Of a DNA stretch of 64,000 bases, positions 29,511-38,949 are shown piece after piece. Position numbers and translations under genes: made by a program. The stretch's first letter is position 1. Every line of letters starts with the position of its first letter. The stretch is from Candidatus Kapaibacterium sp. (GTDB lineage: Bacteria > Bacteroidota > Ignavibacteria > Kapaibacteriales > UBA4661): the NCBI GenBank assembly GCA_025055035.1, contig JANWZB010000003.1:641-64640 (forward strand). The letters are read 5' to 3'. The notes beneath the pieces are model-generated. The model saw only the letters and a list, made by a program, of their open reading frames with translations. It searched no databases and was not told where the DNA came from.

Positions 29511-32500
29511 TTACTGCTGCACAGGAACAGGAATTTTCTGCAATGCCTCAAAATAGCGTTGTATAAGGCTTTCGTAGTCTTTAGTATATCCTTGCTGCGC
29601 TGAGCGAAGAAGTTCCTGTAATGCCCGTGTCCGCCCTTCTTGGGTACGCAAATCAATAGCAGCAGGGCTTTGCCGTGCAGTATTTTGGCCGGTTTTCGCT
29701 TCTCGCTGCTGCTCAATATCTTGTTCGCGGGTAGAGCGTGCTGCATCGAGTAACCGTGAAAGTATACGCTCTTGACGACGAAGAGTTTCTTCAGAGATTT
29801 GCCCGCTTCTCATATCGCTCACAATTTCCTGCATTTCTTGAGCAATTTTCTGCAAATCGCCAAGAGCACGCTTACCACCTTTTTGCTCCTTAGCTAGCTC
29901 TTCAAGTGATTTCCGAATCGCTTCTTGCTGTGCAGCTACACGACCAACATCTTCAGCACTTGGCTGACCTAAGCGCTGTCTACTTTGTCCCTCTTGTTGC
30001 ATCTGCATCATTTGTTGCAAAGCTTGATTGACAGCTTGTTGCTGACTAGCCGCCTGCTGCAAGCGCTCCATAAAGCTTGCCATACCCCCTTGCCCCTGCC
30101 CTTCTCCTTCTTCACCCGGCTGCTGACCCCCAGGACCGTTCCCTTGCTGCATCTGCCCAAGCATTGATTGCATCTGTGCTATGGCACGATTCATTGCCGA
30201 CATAGCTGCACTTTGATGCTGCGATGATTGCTGTGCGTTACGCTCTTCTAGGCTATGCACAGCATTATCCATATGCTGAAGAGCATCGCCAAGTTCTTTC
30301 CCCATCTCAGGCGTTACAGCAAAGGACTTCTGCGACAATTCTATCATACGCCCAATAACATTACGCAAATCCTGCAGAGCATTGGCTTGGTCTTGGGCAG
30401 CATCACGAAATTGCGTCGAATTATAGTCCATATTTTGGCTTTGCTGCTTGAGCTGCTCCTGACGCTTAGAAAGTTCGAGCATATTATGCGTAGCTTTTTG
30501 AAGCTGCCGAATGGCTTCTTGTTGGACATTCCGCTGCATTTCGCGCTTCAGATGCTGCATTTGTTGTGCAAACTGTTGCAGATTCTGTCGTGCTTGTTTC
30601 TGCCGCTCTTGTGCTCGAGTCTGGTCACCTCTACGCATATACTCCGTTGTTTCTTGCATTGCTTGTTCAGTTTCTTCCTTGCGCAGAGCTTCTTGTGCTT
30701 TGTTCATTTCCTCCATTGGCATATCCCGACCGCCCTTTTCTTGAATCTCTTTCATAAGCTGCTCCAGCTCATCAGTTTCCTTGCTCAAAGCTTGAAAATC
30801 TTCTTTGAGTTTTTGCTGACGCTCGGCAAGTTCTTGACGCTTTTGAGGGTCGTTCAGATTGGCATTATTCAGTTGTTGTTCCATATCTTGCTGCTGTTCT
30901 TCAAGCTCCTTGGCGCGCTTGGCAAGCTCATCAGATTTTTGGTTAGCCTGAACACGCTTCAAAATACGCATTGTTCGCTCTATGGAACGCTTAAACTCCT
31001 CCTCACTAAACTGAAACTTTTGTAGCGCCTGCTGCAACTGTTCAGGTTGCATTTGGTCAAGTGCTCGCTGCATCTGCTGCATTGCTCGCTGCAGCTCGGG
31101 CGAATTGACCTTCTGTAGCAGCTTTTGCACCTCAAGGTACTGCTGTAGCGTCTCTGGAGAAATACTGCGATTTTGCTGGAGTTTCTGCGTCATCTCTTCA
31201 AGCTGCTTCTGCACATTCTCTATGCGCTTCTGCATATCCTCATGCTTTTTGAGCAAATCCTCTAGGCGCTTTTTCTCTTTCCAATCTACCTGCGGTTTGT
31301 CCTGCTGTTTACGTAGCTCGCGCGCAACATCTTCCATATCGCGCTTCATTTGCTCTGCGTCTTTCAGCACCTTGTGCAAGTCTTTCGCAGCAAGGTCTTG
31401 AATTTTATCAGCTTCATTGAATAGTTCATCAAGCGATGGCAACCGTGCAGTTATAATTCCCGTACGCGACGACTTCGGACCATTCACAGCATCATTATCA
31501 CTTACTTCAAGGTAAAATTCATACGTATCCGACGGTGCTAAACCAAGCGCATTGAGATTCCATACATACGGTACTTCGAGAGATTTCTCACTACCGGCAG
31601 AAAAATGAATAGGAATCTGGTTCCATGACTGCTGCGGTGGAGAATATCGGGATTCTACACGGCGGTAATACAGCACTAGCTTAGAAAAACCATAATCATC
31701 GGCGATAGCAACTTTGATGGGTAGCAATCCAGTTTCTGTAAGCTCAATATTTGAGGAGGGCTGTAGCAAGGCAATAGAAGGAAATGCATCGCGCAAAGCA
31801 AGTATGCTGTAGCGAATAGGCTCAGCATTTTCCTCGCCATTCTCATCAACAATCCGAATACAGTATTCACCAGAATGCTGTACAGCAAACACACCCAAAG
31901 CACGGTGTTCGAGAACTTTCATAGGAATGCGTGTGCTATCGCCGTAGCGCGTCGAATCTTTGTCATCGCGATGTTCCAGCAGTAGTATCTCAGCAGCTTT
32001 GAGCTTTTTATTCGACATCACAGTAAGCTCTACACGCGAACCTATGAGTGACGTTATGGAGGCAGAATGCTCATCAATAGGATATGGGGACATGCGCGTG
32101 TATGTGGGTGGCATAACAGTTCCAGCGAGGCTACGAATTTCTGGGCGGTCAATAACAGTAATCATGACCTTCTCAGAGCGAACAACATCAAAATACCACG
32201 GCACTTCTGCGTACGCTTCGATACTTCGCTTCACCGCAGACACATGGAATCGAAACACACCCTCTGAGTCGGGTCTAAGAGTAAATGTCTCGAATGGTGT
32301 ATTCTCCACAGCAGCGCTCGTTCGCTCGCGTAACCGCAACATCACTTCTGCAGGTGGTTGATACTCCGGTGCTTCAGGATTCGGCACTGTATGTACAGTG
32401 ATTTCCATCTTAGCACCCCGCAATACCCTGTATTGGGCTGGCTCAAGAACAAGAATAAACGGTGCGGGAGGAATGAAAGATTGTCGAAAATGCAATACAC

Positions 32501-33101
32501 GGTACAATGCTGTGCCCATCGGCTTTGGAAAGACTGCAAACACTAGCCCAGCTAGGAGGATGGAGCCGAGAAACATCATCAGTGCCGTCCTACGTGGCTT
32601 CTTGTCGAGAATTGCATCGAAATCAAGTGTTTCAGCTTGTGCGGCGACGGCAGCAAAATGCGCAACAGCAAGCTCTGGCGAACTACTACGCTGCTCTATA
32701 GCATCCCGATACAGCTGCAATGCGTTCAACAGCCTATCCTGCACAGTGCTATAGACTTTCCCAATACGCAATGCGATAGTATCGCTGCTATCCGACGGGT
32801 AGATGCCTAACAACTGTAGCATCGATTTCCCCGCAAACGCTCCCACGAAGCACAATGTGCTCAGAAACCACACTGCAAACAGTATCGTGCGCGACAGCAC
32901 ATTGGAATACATTAACGCTTCAATACCCGTTACACTAAGCAAAACAACAAGCGAGTAAGCACAGGCTTGCAGTATACCCGTTGAGAGCATAAGCCAATGT
33001 TCTTTCGAACGTACAGTCCGAAGACGTCGAAGAATGCGCTCATACACTGCCTGATGTTCGGTGTTTTCCATGTCAATTTTTAAGAGTGGTGAAACATGCA
33101 C
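29511..33101 (-). CDS. giant membrane-anchored Q/E/M-rich coiled-coil protein (DUF4175-like)
   Basis: 1196 aa. About 3 N-terminal TM helices, a ~350-aa beta-rich middle region, then ~550 aa of heptad-like Q/E/K/M-rich sequence with a G/Q-rich stretch (QGNGPGGQQPGEEGEGQGQGG), and a C-terminal QGYTKDYESLIQRYFEAL block. Confidence 0.55.
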   Translation of the reverse strand: MHVSPLLKIDMENTEHQAVYERILRRLRTVRSKEHWLMLSTGILQACAYSLVVLLSVTGIEALMYSNVLSRTILFAVWFLSTLCFVGAFAGKSMLQLLGIYPSDSSDTIALRIGKVYSTVQDRLLNALQLYRDAIEQRSSSPELAVAHFAAVAAQAETLDFDAILDKKPRRTALMMFLGSILLAGLVFAVFPKPMGTALYRVLHFRQSFIPPAPFILVLEPAQYRVLRGAKMEITVHTVPNPEAPEYQPPAEVMLRLRERTSAAVENTPFETFTLRPDSEGVFRFHVSAVKRSIEAYAEVPWYFDVVRSEKVMITVIDRPEIRSLAGTVMPPTYTRMSPYPIDEHSASITSLIGSRVELTVMSNKKLKAAEILLLEHRDDKDSTRYGDSTRIPMKVLEHRALGVFAVQHSGEYCIRIVDENGEENAEPIRYSILALRDAFPSIALLQPSSNIELTETGLLPIKVAIADDYGFSKLVLYYRRVESRYSPPQQSWNQIPIHFSAGSEKSLEVPYVWNLNALGLAPSDTYEFYLEVSDNDAVNGPKSSRTGIITARLPSLDELFNEADKIQDLAAKDLHKVLKDAEQMKRDMEDVARELRKQQDKPQVDWKEKKRLEDLLKKHEDMQKRIENVQKQLEEMTQKLQQNRSISPETLQQYLEVQKLLQKVNSPELQRAMQQMQRALDQMQPEQLQQALQKFQFSEEEFKRSIERTMRILKRVQANQKSDELAKRAKELEEQQQDMEQQLNNANLNDPQKRQELAERQQKLKEDFQALSKETDELEQLMKEIQEKGGRDMPMEEMNKAQEALRKEETEQAMQETTEYMRRGDQTRAQERQKQARQNLQQFAQQMQHLKREMQRNVQQEAIRQLQKATHNMLELSKRQEQLKQQSQNMDYNSTQFRDAAQDQANALQDLRNVIGRMIELSQKSFAVTPEMGKELGDALQHMDNAVHSLEERNAQQSSQHQSAAMSAMNRAIAQMQSMLGQMQQGNGPGGQQPGEEGEGQGQGGMASFMERLQQAASQQQAVNQALQQMMQMQQEGQSRQRLGQPSAEDVGRVAAQQEAIRKSLEELAKEQKGGKRALGDLQKIAQEMQEIVSDMRSGQISEETLRRQERILSRLLDAARSTREQDIEQQREAKTGQNTARQSPAAIDLRTQEGRTRALQELLRSAQQGYTKDYESLIQRYFEALQKIPVPVQQ

Positions 33102-33235
33102 ACAAACTACAAAAATCTCACATTTTGCACTACTGTGTTGAGAAGCAATTAAGGTGTATCGAGATTGTTGGACAATGGCTGACTACGCCACATTCTTTGG
33201 CAGTTACTCAAAAACCTCTATATTTGCCAAAGTGT

Positions 33236-33265
33236 GTAGCATTAGCGTATGTAGCATTAGCGTAC
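33236..33265. repeat. tandem direct repeat GTAGCATTAGCGTAT x2 (14/15 identical)
   Basis: Read directly at 33236-33250 and 33251-33265, in the divergent region between the giant gene and moxR. Confidence 0.8.
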
Positions 33266-33291
33266 AGCATCACTGTAGCTTGCTTTGCAGC

Positions 33292-33311
33292 GTTGGATAT
33301 TGTTGGATATT
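33292..33311. repeat. tandem direct repeat GTTGGATATT x2
   Basis: Read directly at 33292-33301 and 33302-33311, 27 nt upstream of the inferred moxR ATG. Confidence 0.8.
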
Positions 33312-33337
33312 TTGGTGTACATGTAGATTATAACTGT

Positions 33338-34324
33338 ATGACCGACATTCGAGAGCTCCACGAGCGCATTCAGCGTGAAAGTGCATTTATAGAACTGCTC
33401 ACAACAGAAATCAGCAAGGCGATTATTGGTCAGAAGTATATGGTCGAACGGTTGCTTATAGCCCTACTTTCCGATGGACACATCCTACTCGAAGGCGTTC
33501 CAGGCTTAGCAAAAACTCTTGCTATCAAGACACTTGCAGCAGCAATTGACGCAAAGTTCAGCCGTATTCAGTTTACTCCCGATTTACTGCCAGCTGACGT
33601 TATCGGCACAACTATATACAACCCAGCAACAACGCAATTTTCTGTACGACAAGGACCAATCTTTGCGAATTTCATTCTTGCTGACGAGATCAACCGTGCT
33701 CCAGCAAAAGTACAAAGCGCTCTTCTGGAAGCAATGCAGGAACGCCAAGTAACCATTGGCGAGCAAACCTTCAAGCTCGAAGAACCATTTTTAGTGCTTG
33801 CAACCCAGAATCCTATTGAGCAAGAAGGCACGTATCCACTTCCTGAAGCTCAGGTTGATAGGTTCATGCTCAAAGCTCTTATTTCGTACCCTACCAGAGA
33901 AGACGAGCGCCTGATTATGCGCCAGAACCTATCCAACAATCCAATATCTATACGCCCTGTTATTACGCCACAGAGTATCTTGCAAGCTCGCTCTGTGGTA
34001 CGAGAAGTCTATATGGACGAAAAAATTGAGCAGTACATTCTTGACATTATTTCGGCAACACGCAATCCGCAGCATTACAAACTTGGCAATCTCGCAAACC
34101 TGATTAGTTACGGTGCTTCGCCTCGTGCAACAATTGCTCTTGCTCTTGCCTCAAAAGCCCACGCCTTCATCAAGCATCGCGGATATGTTATCCCCGAAGA
34201 CGTTCGAGCCCTGTGCCACGATGTTCTGAGACATCGCATCGGTCTGACATATGAAGCAGAAGCAGAAAACATGCGCCCCGAAGACATTATTAACGAACTT
34301 CTCAACACACTTGAAGTACCATAG
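33338..34324 (+). CDS. MoxR-family AAA+ ATPase
   Basis: GVPGLAKT Walker A, DEINRA Walker B, and a MoxR-typical length of 328 aa from MTDIRELHERIQ. The ORF-track N-terminal extension is treated as non-coding. Confidence 0.8.
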   Translation: MTDIRELHERIQRESAFIELLTTEISKAIIGQKYMVERLLIALLSDGHILLEGVPGLAKTLAIKTLAAAIDAKFSRIQFTPDLLPADVIGTTIYNPATTQFSVRQGPIFANFILADEINRAPAKVQSALLEAMQERQVTIGEQTFKLEEPFLVLATQNPIEQEGTYPLPEAQVDRFMLKALISYPTREDERLIMRQNLSNNPISIRPVITPQSILQARSVVREVYMDEKIEQYILDIISATRNPQHYKLGNLANLISYGASPRATIALALASKAHAFIKHRGYVIPEDVRALCHDVLRHRIGLTYEAEAENMRPEDIINELLNTLEVP

Positions 34325-34393
34325 AGAATACAATAACACTACACTCTTATAAGCTCGACACTCCACTGAATCTGTTTCTATCCTGCCGAGCGT

Positions 34394-36454
34394 ATGCCTT
34401 GCCCACATTCCTTTGCCTACTATTATGTTCTTGGAGGTATTGTATTGCTACCATTCTTCTTGAGCTTCTTGAGCTGTGAGTTTCCTACAGCAGAGCAAGC
34501 AGCTGTAGAACAACAAAACTTCCAAACGACGGAATTTCGTTATATCAACATGACTCATGGCGCGGCGAGCCATATATTACGGGTAACATTCGCTACATAT
34601 TCCCTAACATTACAAACACGCGTTGATTCAACTATAACGCTTCCTCCCGTTCCTAGACTAGGCGTTACCGCATTCTCCTCTCCCAAAGCTGATAGTGGTA
34701 GAGTTATGATTCTTGATAGCTTTGGTCAGATACTTTTTTCTCCACGCCCATATCTCTTCACCGATCGCAATGCCCGTTACACCTTCATTGGCTTACCTGC
34801 ACCGCCTTCTTCAAAAGCAGTATTAGACACTGTTCTTGTGCTTAGGTCGCTTCCAAGCCAACTAGACAATAACACTGTCAGCGTTCGGATTGTAAACTGT
34901 AACAGCGATTCATCGGTAGTGTACACCGTTGCTCTTGGCTGCCCAAGTGGTATGCCGCTTACGAGCAATCTTGCTTTTCGCAAAGTCAGCGCTATTAGCA
35001 CGCTGAACCTTCCTAGCGGTATTCTAAACCTAGCAATTACAGAGCAGCGCCTTGGAAGTACATCATCCCCAGCTGCAAGAACCTTTCGCATAACGCTACG
35101 CACTCTTGTACCAAAGAATATCTACACTTTGTTAATTTACAATGACAACACTGGCACTCCTGCACTTCTTGGAATAAATGAGCGCACCACAGAACAGCTT
35201 ATTTCTGTCTCCTCTTCGAATCCTCAAACATTTATTCGAGTTGCAAATTTTTCTTCAACTGTCCTGAATGGTGTTTTCTATCAATCTCGCGGCATTCCCA
35301 GTGCTTCTATCAGTACGAACATTCCTCCATTAACGCTAACATCGTACCAAAGTCTTGTAGCTTGTGAATCTGTCGGCAACGACACACTCGTTGTGAAACG
35401 CTCCAGCAGTAGCATACCAATCCAACACATTTCAACAGCACTTGAGGTGAATGGCTCACAAACAGTAGTTGTTGACGATAGCATTGCAGTTGTAGTTCCA
35501 GCACATACGCCCAATGTCTCAGCAAACACGGTGGTAGTGCGATTCATTAACTTGTGCTCTGATAGCGTTCTTGTTATGCGTGGTACAACAACGCAACAAC
35601 CAAGCTACATTATTGCACCTAAGCTTCTGCGCGGTAGTGTATCGGCACCCTTTGCCATGCCTGTTGCTGATGTGCTGCATCCGTTTCTTGTGTTCCGTGC
35701 AGACAATTCAGGACGTCTGCTACAGCATAGCGTTAGTACTCTCCCAGCTTCCATAGCTAGAACATCATCGTATTTGGCTGTTCTTCGGAATGAGGGAATA
35801 ACCTTGATACCAGACGTATCACAGGAGAGTACACCGCCAAGCACTCAGCTATCGCCTTCACCGAAAGGTGCAGTTGTTCAAGTACTTCATGCCTTCAGTG
35901 ACGCCACGCTCGCAACTGTGCAGCTTGCTATCGGCACGGTGCTCCGTACTAACATTGGCTATGGAGCACCCATACTGACTGTACTACCAGCGAATGCACG
36001 TCTAAATATTACTATGGGTAGAGCATCACTCACTCCACATCTTGAGGAAAGCGTACGTTATGTAGTGATTGGTAGCGGCATTGGCACATTGCAGCAACTC
36101 ACTCTCGAACGGAGCTTGTGGACATCATTACAACGGGAACTTATTCCTTCACCCATGCAGGGCATTATACGGTACTATAATGCCACGATAAATGCTCCTC
36201 GTCTTCGCGTTCGCGCTGACGTAGAAAGCGGATTTCATCTACGAACGCCTATTGAGCGCAACCAATTTTCTACTCCAGACCGCTTCTTCTCAAATCAGAC
36301 TCGAACGCTTACTTTCTTACAGAATGAAACGCCTATTTTCAGAGCGAATAACCTGACGTTTCTGCTTGGCAAAGGCTATACGGTCGTTCTCACCAATATC
36401 AGTGCGAACACTTCGGATTCATCCTATAATGCGCTTGTCCTGCAAGAGTACTAA
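34394..36454 (+). CDS. secreted/lipoprotein repeat protein (DUF4397-like)
   Basis: Signal peptide with a possible lipobox (FLSC). At least 5 copies of a beta-strand motif: VRIVNCNSDSSVVYTV, VRFINLCSDSVLVMRG, VQVLHAFSDATLATVQL and RLRVRADVESGF. S/T-rich. Confidence 0.45.
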   Translation: MPCPHSFAYYYVLGGIVLLPFFLSFLSCEFPTAEQAAVEQQNFQTTEFRYINMTHGAASHILRVTFATYSLTLQTRVDSTITLPPVPRLGVTAFSSPKADSGRVMILDSFGQILFSPRPYLFTDRNARYTFIGLPAPPSSKAVLDTVLVLRSLPSQLDNNTVSVRIVNCNSDSSVVYTVALGCPSGMPLTSNLAFRKVSAISTLNLPSGILNLAITEQRLGSTSSPAARTFRITLRTLVPKNIYTLLIYNDNTGTPALLGINERTTEQLISVSSSNPQTFIRVANFSSTVLNGVFYQSRGIPSASISTNIPPLTLTSYQSLVACESVGNDTLVVKRSSSSIPIQHISTALEVNGSQTVVVDDSIAVVVPAHTPNVSANTVVVRFINLCSDSVLVMRGTTTQQPSYIIAPKLLRGSVSAPFAMPVADVLHPFLVFRADNSGRLLQHSVSTLPASIARTSSYLAVLRNEGITLIPDVSQESTPPSTQLSPSPKGAVVQVLHAFSDATLATVQLAIGTVLRTNIGYGAPILTVLPANARLNITMGRASLTPHLEESVRYVVIGSGIGTLQQLTLERSLWTSLQRELIPSPMQGIIRYYNATINAPRLRVRADVESGFHLRTPIERNQFSTPDRFFSNQTRTLTFLQNETPIFRANNLTFLLGKGYTVVLTNISANTSDSSYNALVLQEY

Positions 36455-36460
36455 ATCCAA

Positions 36461-37291
36461 ATGCATAACTATCAAATACTTCCTACTTCAACACTAGCAC
36501 CTTTGCAAAGCGACTTGTCAGAGCACGGACTATCACTATTCGGTGTGCAGTCATGGTCGGAGGTGGACGTCTTGTTGCATCCCTTATACTCTCCACAAGA
36601 AAACATGGAGTTTGACTGCTATCGTGCCCAAGCATTGCTCCGCGGGGAAGCAAAGCCTATGCTACGCTTGTACTCATGGCAGCCTTTTGCTGTTTCGATA
36701 GGAGCACATCAGTGTATGAGTGACATTGACGAGCATGCATGTCGGCGCTTAGGTATTACTCTTGTACGTAGACCAACGGGAGGACGGGCCCTCGTTCATG
36801 CTGAAGAACTCACATATTCGATTGCTGTGCCACTTACGACGGTTTATGCACAACGTCGAACAGTGCACGATATTTACCACCATGTGCATGTTCTGCTTCT
36901 CAAAGCTATTCACCTTCTCGGAGCAACAGACGTATCTTTTGAGAAAATACAACCTGACTTTCGACAGCAGTATCGCTCTGGGCATATTGCAATGCCATGC
37001 TTTGCAAGCTCTGCTCGCTATGAACTTGTCTGGAACACCCGCAAACTTGTTGGCAGTGCACAGCGTCTTTATGGTACCGTTGTCCTACAGCACGGTTCTC
37101 TTTTGCTTGGTAAGGGTCATGAGCTTTTGGCGGAGGTTCTGAATCTCAGTAGCGTAGACCGAGTACGTATTCGCGCTCTCATTAGGGAGCGTTCTATATC
37201 ACTTGATGTTCTTTGTGGTCGAACCATTTCCTTCGAAGAAGCAAGCTATGCTGTCCTTCGAGCATTTGGTTACCCTTACACGCTTCCGTAG
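36461..37291 (+). CDS. lipoate-protein ligase / octanoyltransferase family (BPL_LPL catalytic domain)
   Basis: RRPTGGRALVH and KLVGSAQR motifs, 276 aa. Starts 7 nt after the preceding gene. Confidence 0.6.
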   Translation: MHNYQILPTSTLAPLQSDLSEHGLSLFGVQSWSEVDVLLHPLYSPQENMEFDCYRAQALLRGEAKPMLRLYSWQPFAVSIGAHQCMSDIDEHACRRLGITLVRRPTGGRALVHAEELTYSIAVPLTTVYAQRRTVHDIYHHVHVLLLKAIHLLGATDVSFEKIQPDFRQQYRSGHIAMPCFASSARYELVWNTRKLVGSAQRLYGTVVLQHGSLLLGKGHELLAEVLNLSSVDRVRIRALIRERSISLDVLCGRTISFEEASYAVLRAFGYPYTLP

Positions 37292-37322
37292 TACTAGTAT
37301 GCGCGTTTCTGTGCACAGGTGC

Positions 37323-38222
37323 TTACCCTTGAATCATACGACGCTTTATCAGGTATTGCAACAATGCCACATCAAACGGTTGTGCCGTGTCGAGCAACAT
37401 GTAATCAATCTTACGTTCACGGCAGTGCTTTTTAAGCTTCTCGGTAAATTCTTTTAATGCATGAGTGTATGCAGCTTTGATATGCTGTGGTTGGGTCGTC
37501 ATTTCTTCTCCAGTTTCCATGTCGCGGAAGAGCGCATCGTAGCCAAAATTAAAATCTCGCTCGCGTGGGTCGAGAATTTGAAATGCTAAGACCTCGTGAT
37601 TGCTATGACGGAAGCGCTTTAGTGCTGATATGACAGCATGCACATCATCAAAAAAATCACTGAGCACAATTACAAGTCCTCGCCGTGCAATACGCTCAGC
37701 AATCTGGGCTAGTGCAGGGGCAGTACCAGTTTGCCTAGTCGGCACAGCACTACCAAGTGTGCGTAAGATTTCTTGAATGTAGGACTTCTTTGAATGCGCC
37801 GGAAGATACGTACGTATATCTGTATCGTAGAGAGCAAGCCCAACTGCGTCCTGCTGCTTCATCATCAAAAACGCCATTGCTGCTGCTAGATAGCAAGCGT
37901 ATTCAAATTTCGCGATATTGCCCTGGGAAGCGTAGTTCATCGAGGCGCTTGCATCAAGAATGATAGTGCAGCGAAGATTTGTCTCATCTTCATACTGCTT
38001 CACATAGTATCGGTCGGTACGTGCAAAAACCTTCCAATCGATAAATTTAATTTCGTCGCCCGGCATATACTGTCTGTGCTCAGCAAACTCAATACTAAAA
38101 CCGTGATAGGGTGATTTATGCAGTCCGGTGATAAACCCCTCCACAACGAGGCGCGCTTTCAGGTCTATGCCTTGAATCCTTGATATCACACGTGGCTCAA
38201 GATACTTGCGATAGTCTGTCAT
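37323..38222 (-). CDS. DUF58-domain protein (vWA-like MoxR partner)
   Basis: Conserved HRQYMPGDEIKFIDWKVFARTDRYYVKQYEDE block characteristic of DUF58. Confidence 0.65.
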   Translation of the reverse strand: MTDYRKYLEPRVISRIQGIDLKARLVVEGFITGLHKSPYHGFSIEFAEHRQYMPGDEIKFIDWKVFARTDRYYVKQYEDETNLRCTIILDASASMNYASQGNIAKFEYACYLAAAMAFLMMKQQDAVGLALYDTDIRTYLPAHSKKSYIQEILRTLGSAVPTRQTGTAPALAQIAERIARRGLVIVLSDFFDDVHAVISALKRFRHSNHEVLAFQILDPRERDFNFGYDALFRDMETGEEMTTQPQHIKAAYTHALKEFTEKLKKHCRERKIDYMLLDTAQPFDVALLQYLIKRRMIQG

Positions 38223-38310
38223 AGCGAAAAAAGTGATTGCTCAAAAATGCTGCGTTTGCCATTTTTACACTGCAGTACTGTGTGTTCTCTATTCCGCAGC
38301 AGGATGTGCA

Positions 38311-38877
38311 ATGACTCTCAAACAACGTTTCGCTCGGTGGTGGCTGAGTCTAACAGGATGGAAAGTTGTTGGGGACTTACCTCCCGACATCAAGCGCTTT
38401 GTTGTCATCGGCGCACCACACACATCAAACTGGGATTTATATGGGGCAGTGCTTGGTGCAATGTCTATGAATTTTCGTGGGAAATGGCTTGGTAAAAAAG
38501 AGCTCTTTCGCTTTCCATTCGGTTGGCTTATGCGTTGGCTAGGAGGAATTCCGGTAGACAGAAGCCGACGCACAAACATGGTAGATTTTGCAGCAAAGCT
38601 TTTGGAAACAAGCGACAGCCTTGGCTTAATCATACCACCCGAAGGAACACGTAGCAAGACTCCGAAATGGAAAACGGGGTTTTACTATATCGCCTACAAA
38701 GCGCGTGTGCCGATTATCTGCGGATTTATGGACTACGCAAAGAGGGAGCTCGGAATTGGCCTGATTCTTACACCAACAGGCAACATCCATGAAGATATCA
38801 AGATCATCCGCGATTTCTACAGCACTGTACAAGGCAAATATCCCGAAAAAATGTCGCCCGTGGAAATAGATGAATAA
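38311..38877 (+). CDS. 1-acyl-sn-glycerol-3-phosphate acyltransferase family (PlsC-like)
   Basis: HxxxxD motif (APHTSNWD) and a PEGTRS block. ATG at 38311. Confidence 0.6.
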   Translation: MTLKQRFARWWLSLTGWKVVGDLPPDIKRFVVIGAPHTSNWDLYGAVLGAMSMNFRGKWLGKKELFRFPFGWLMRWLGGIPVDRSRRTNMVDFAAKLLETSDSLGLIIPPEGTRSKTPKWKTGFYYIAYKARVPIICGFMDYAKRELGIGLILTPTGNIHEDIKIIRDFYSTVQGKYPEKMSPVEIDE

Positions 38878-38949
38878 CAGTTTCTTACTTTATGCAGCAG
38901 ATGCTCTACGGCTTGTACTGCTGTGCAGTAGCAGCTCGCCATGCAGTTA

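Noticed and set aside
30255-31401. Several long antisense ORFs inside the giant coiled-coil gene (for example 30255-31025 at 256 aa, 30511-30744, 31105-31401). They have Leu/Cys/Phe-rich translations.
   Set aside because: They mirror the CAG/GAG/AAG-rich codon usage of the sense strand and have implausible low-complexity compositions. They are artefacts of the Q/E/K-rich gene.
33086-33337. The ORF-track N-terminal extension of MoxR (84 aa).
   Set aside because: MoxR proteins are about 320 aa. The extension contains the tandem repeats and has odd composition. The ATG at 33338 gives a canonical MoxR N-terminus.
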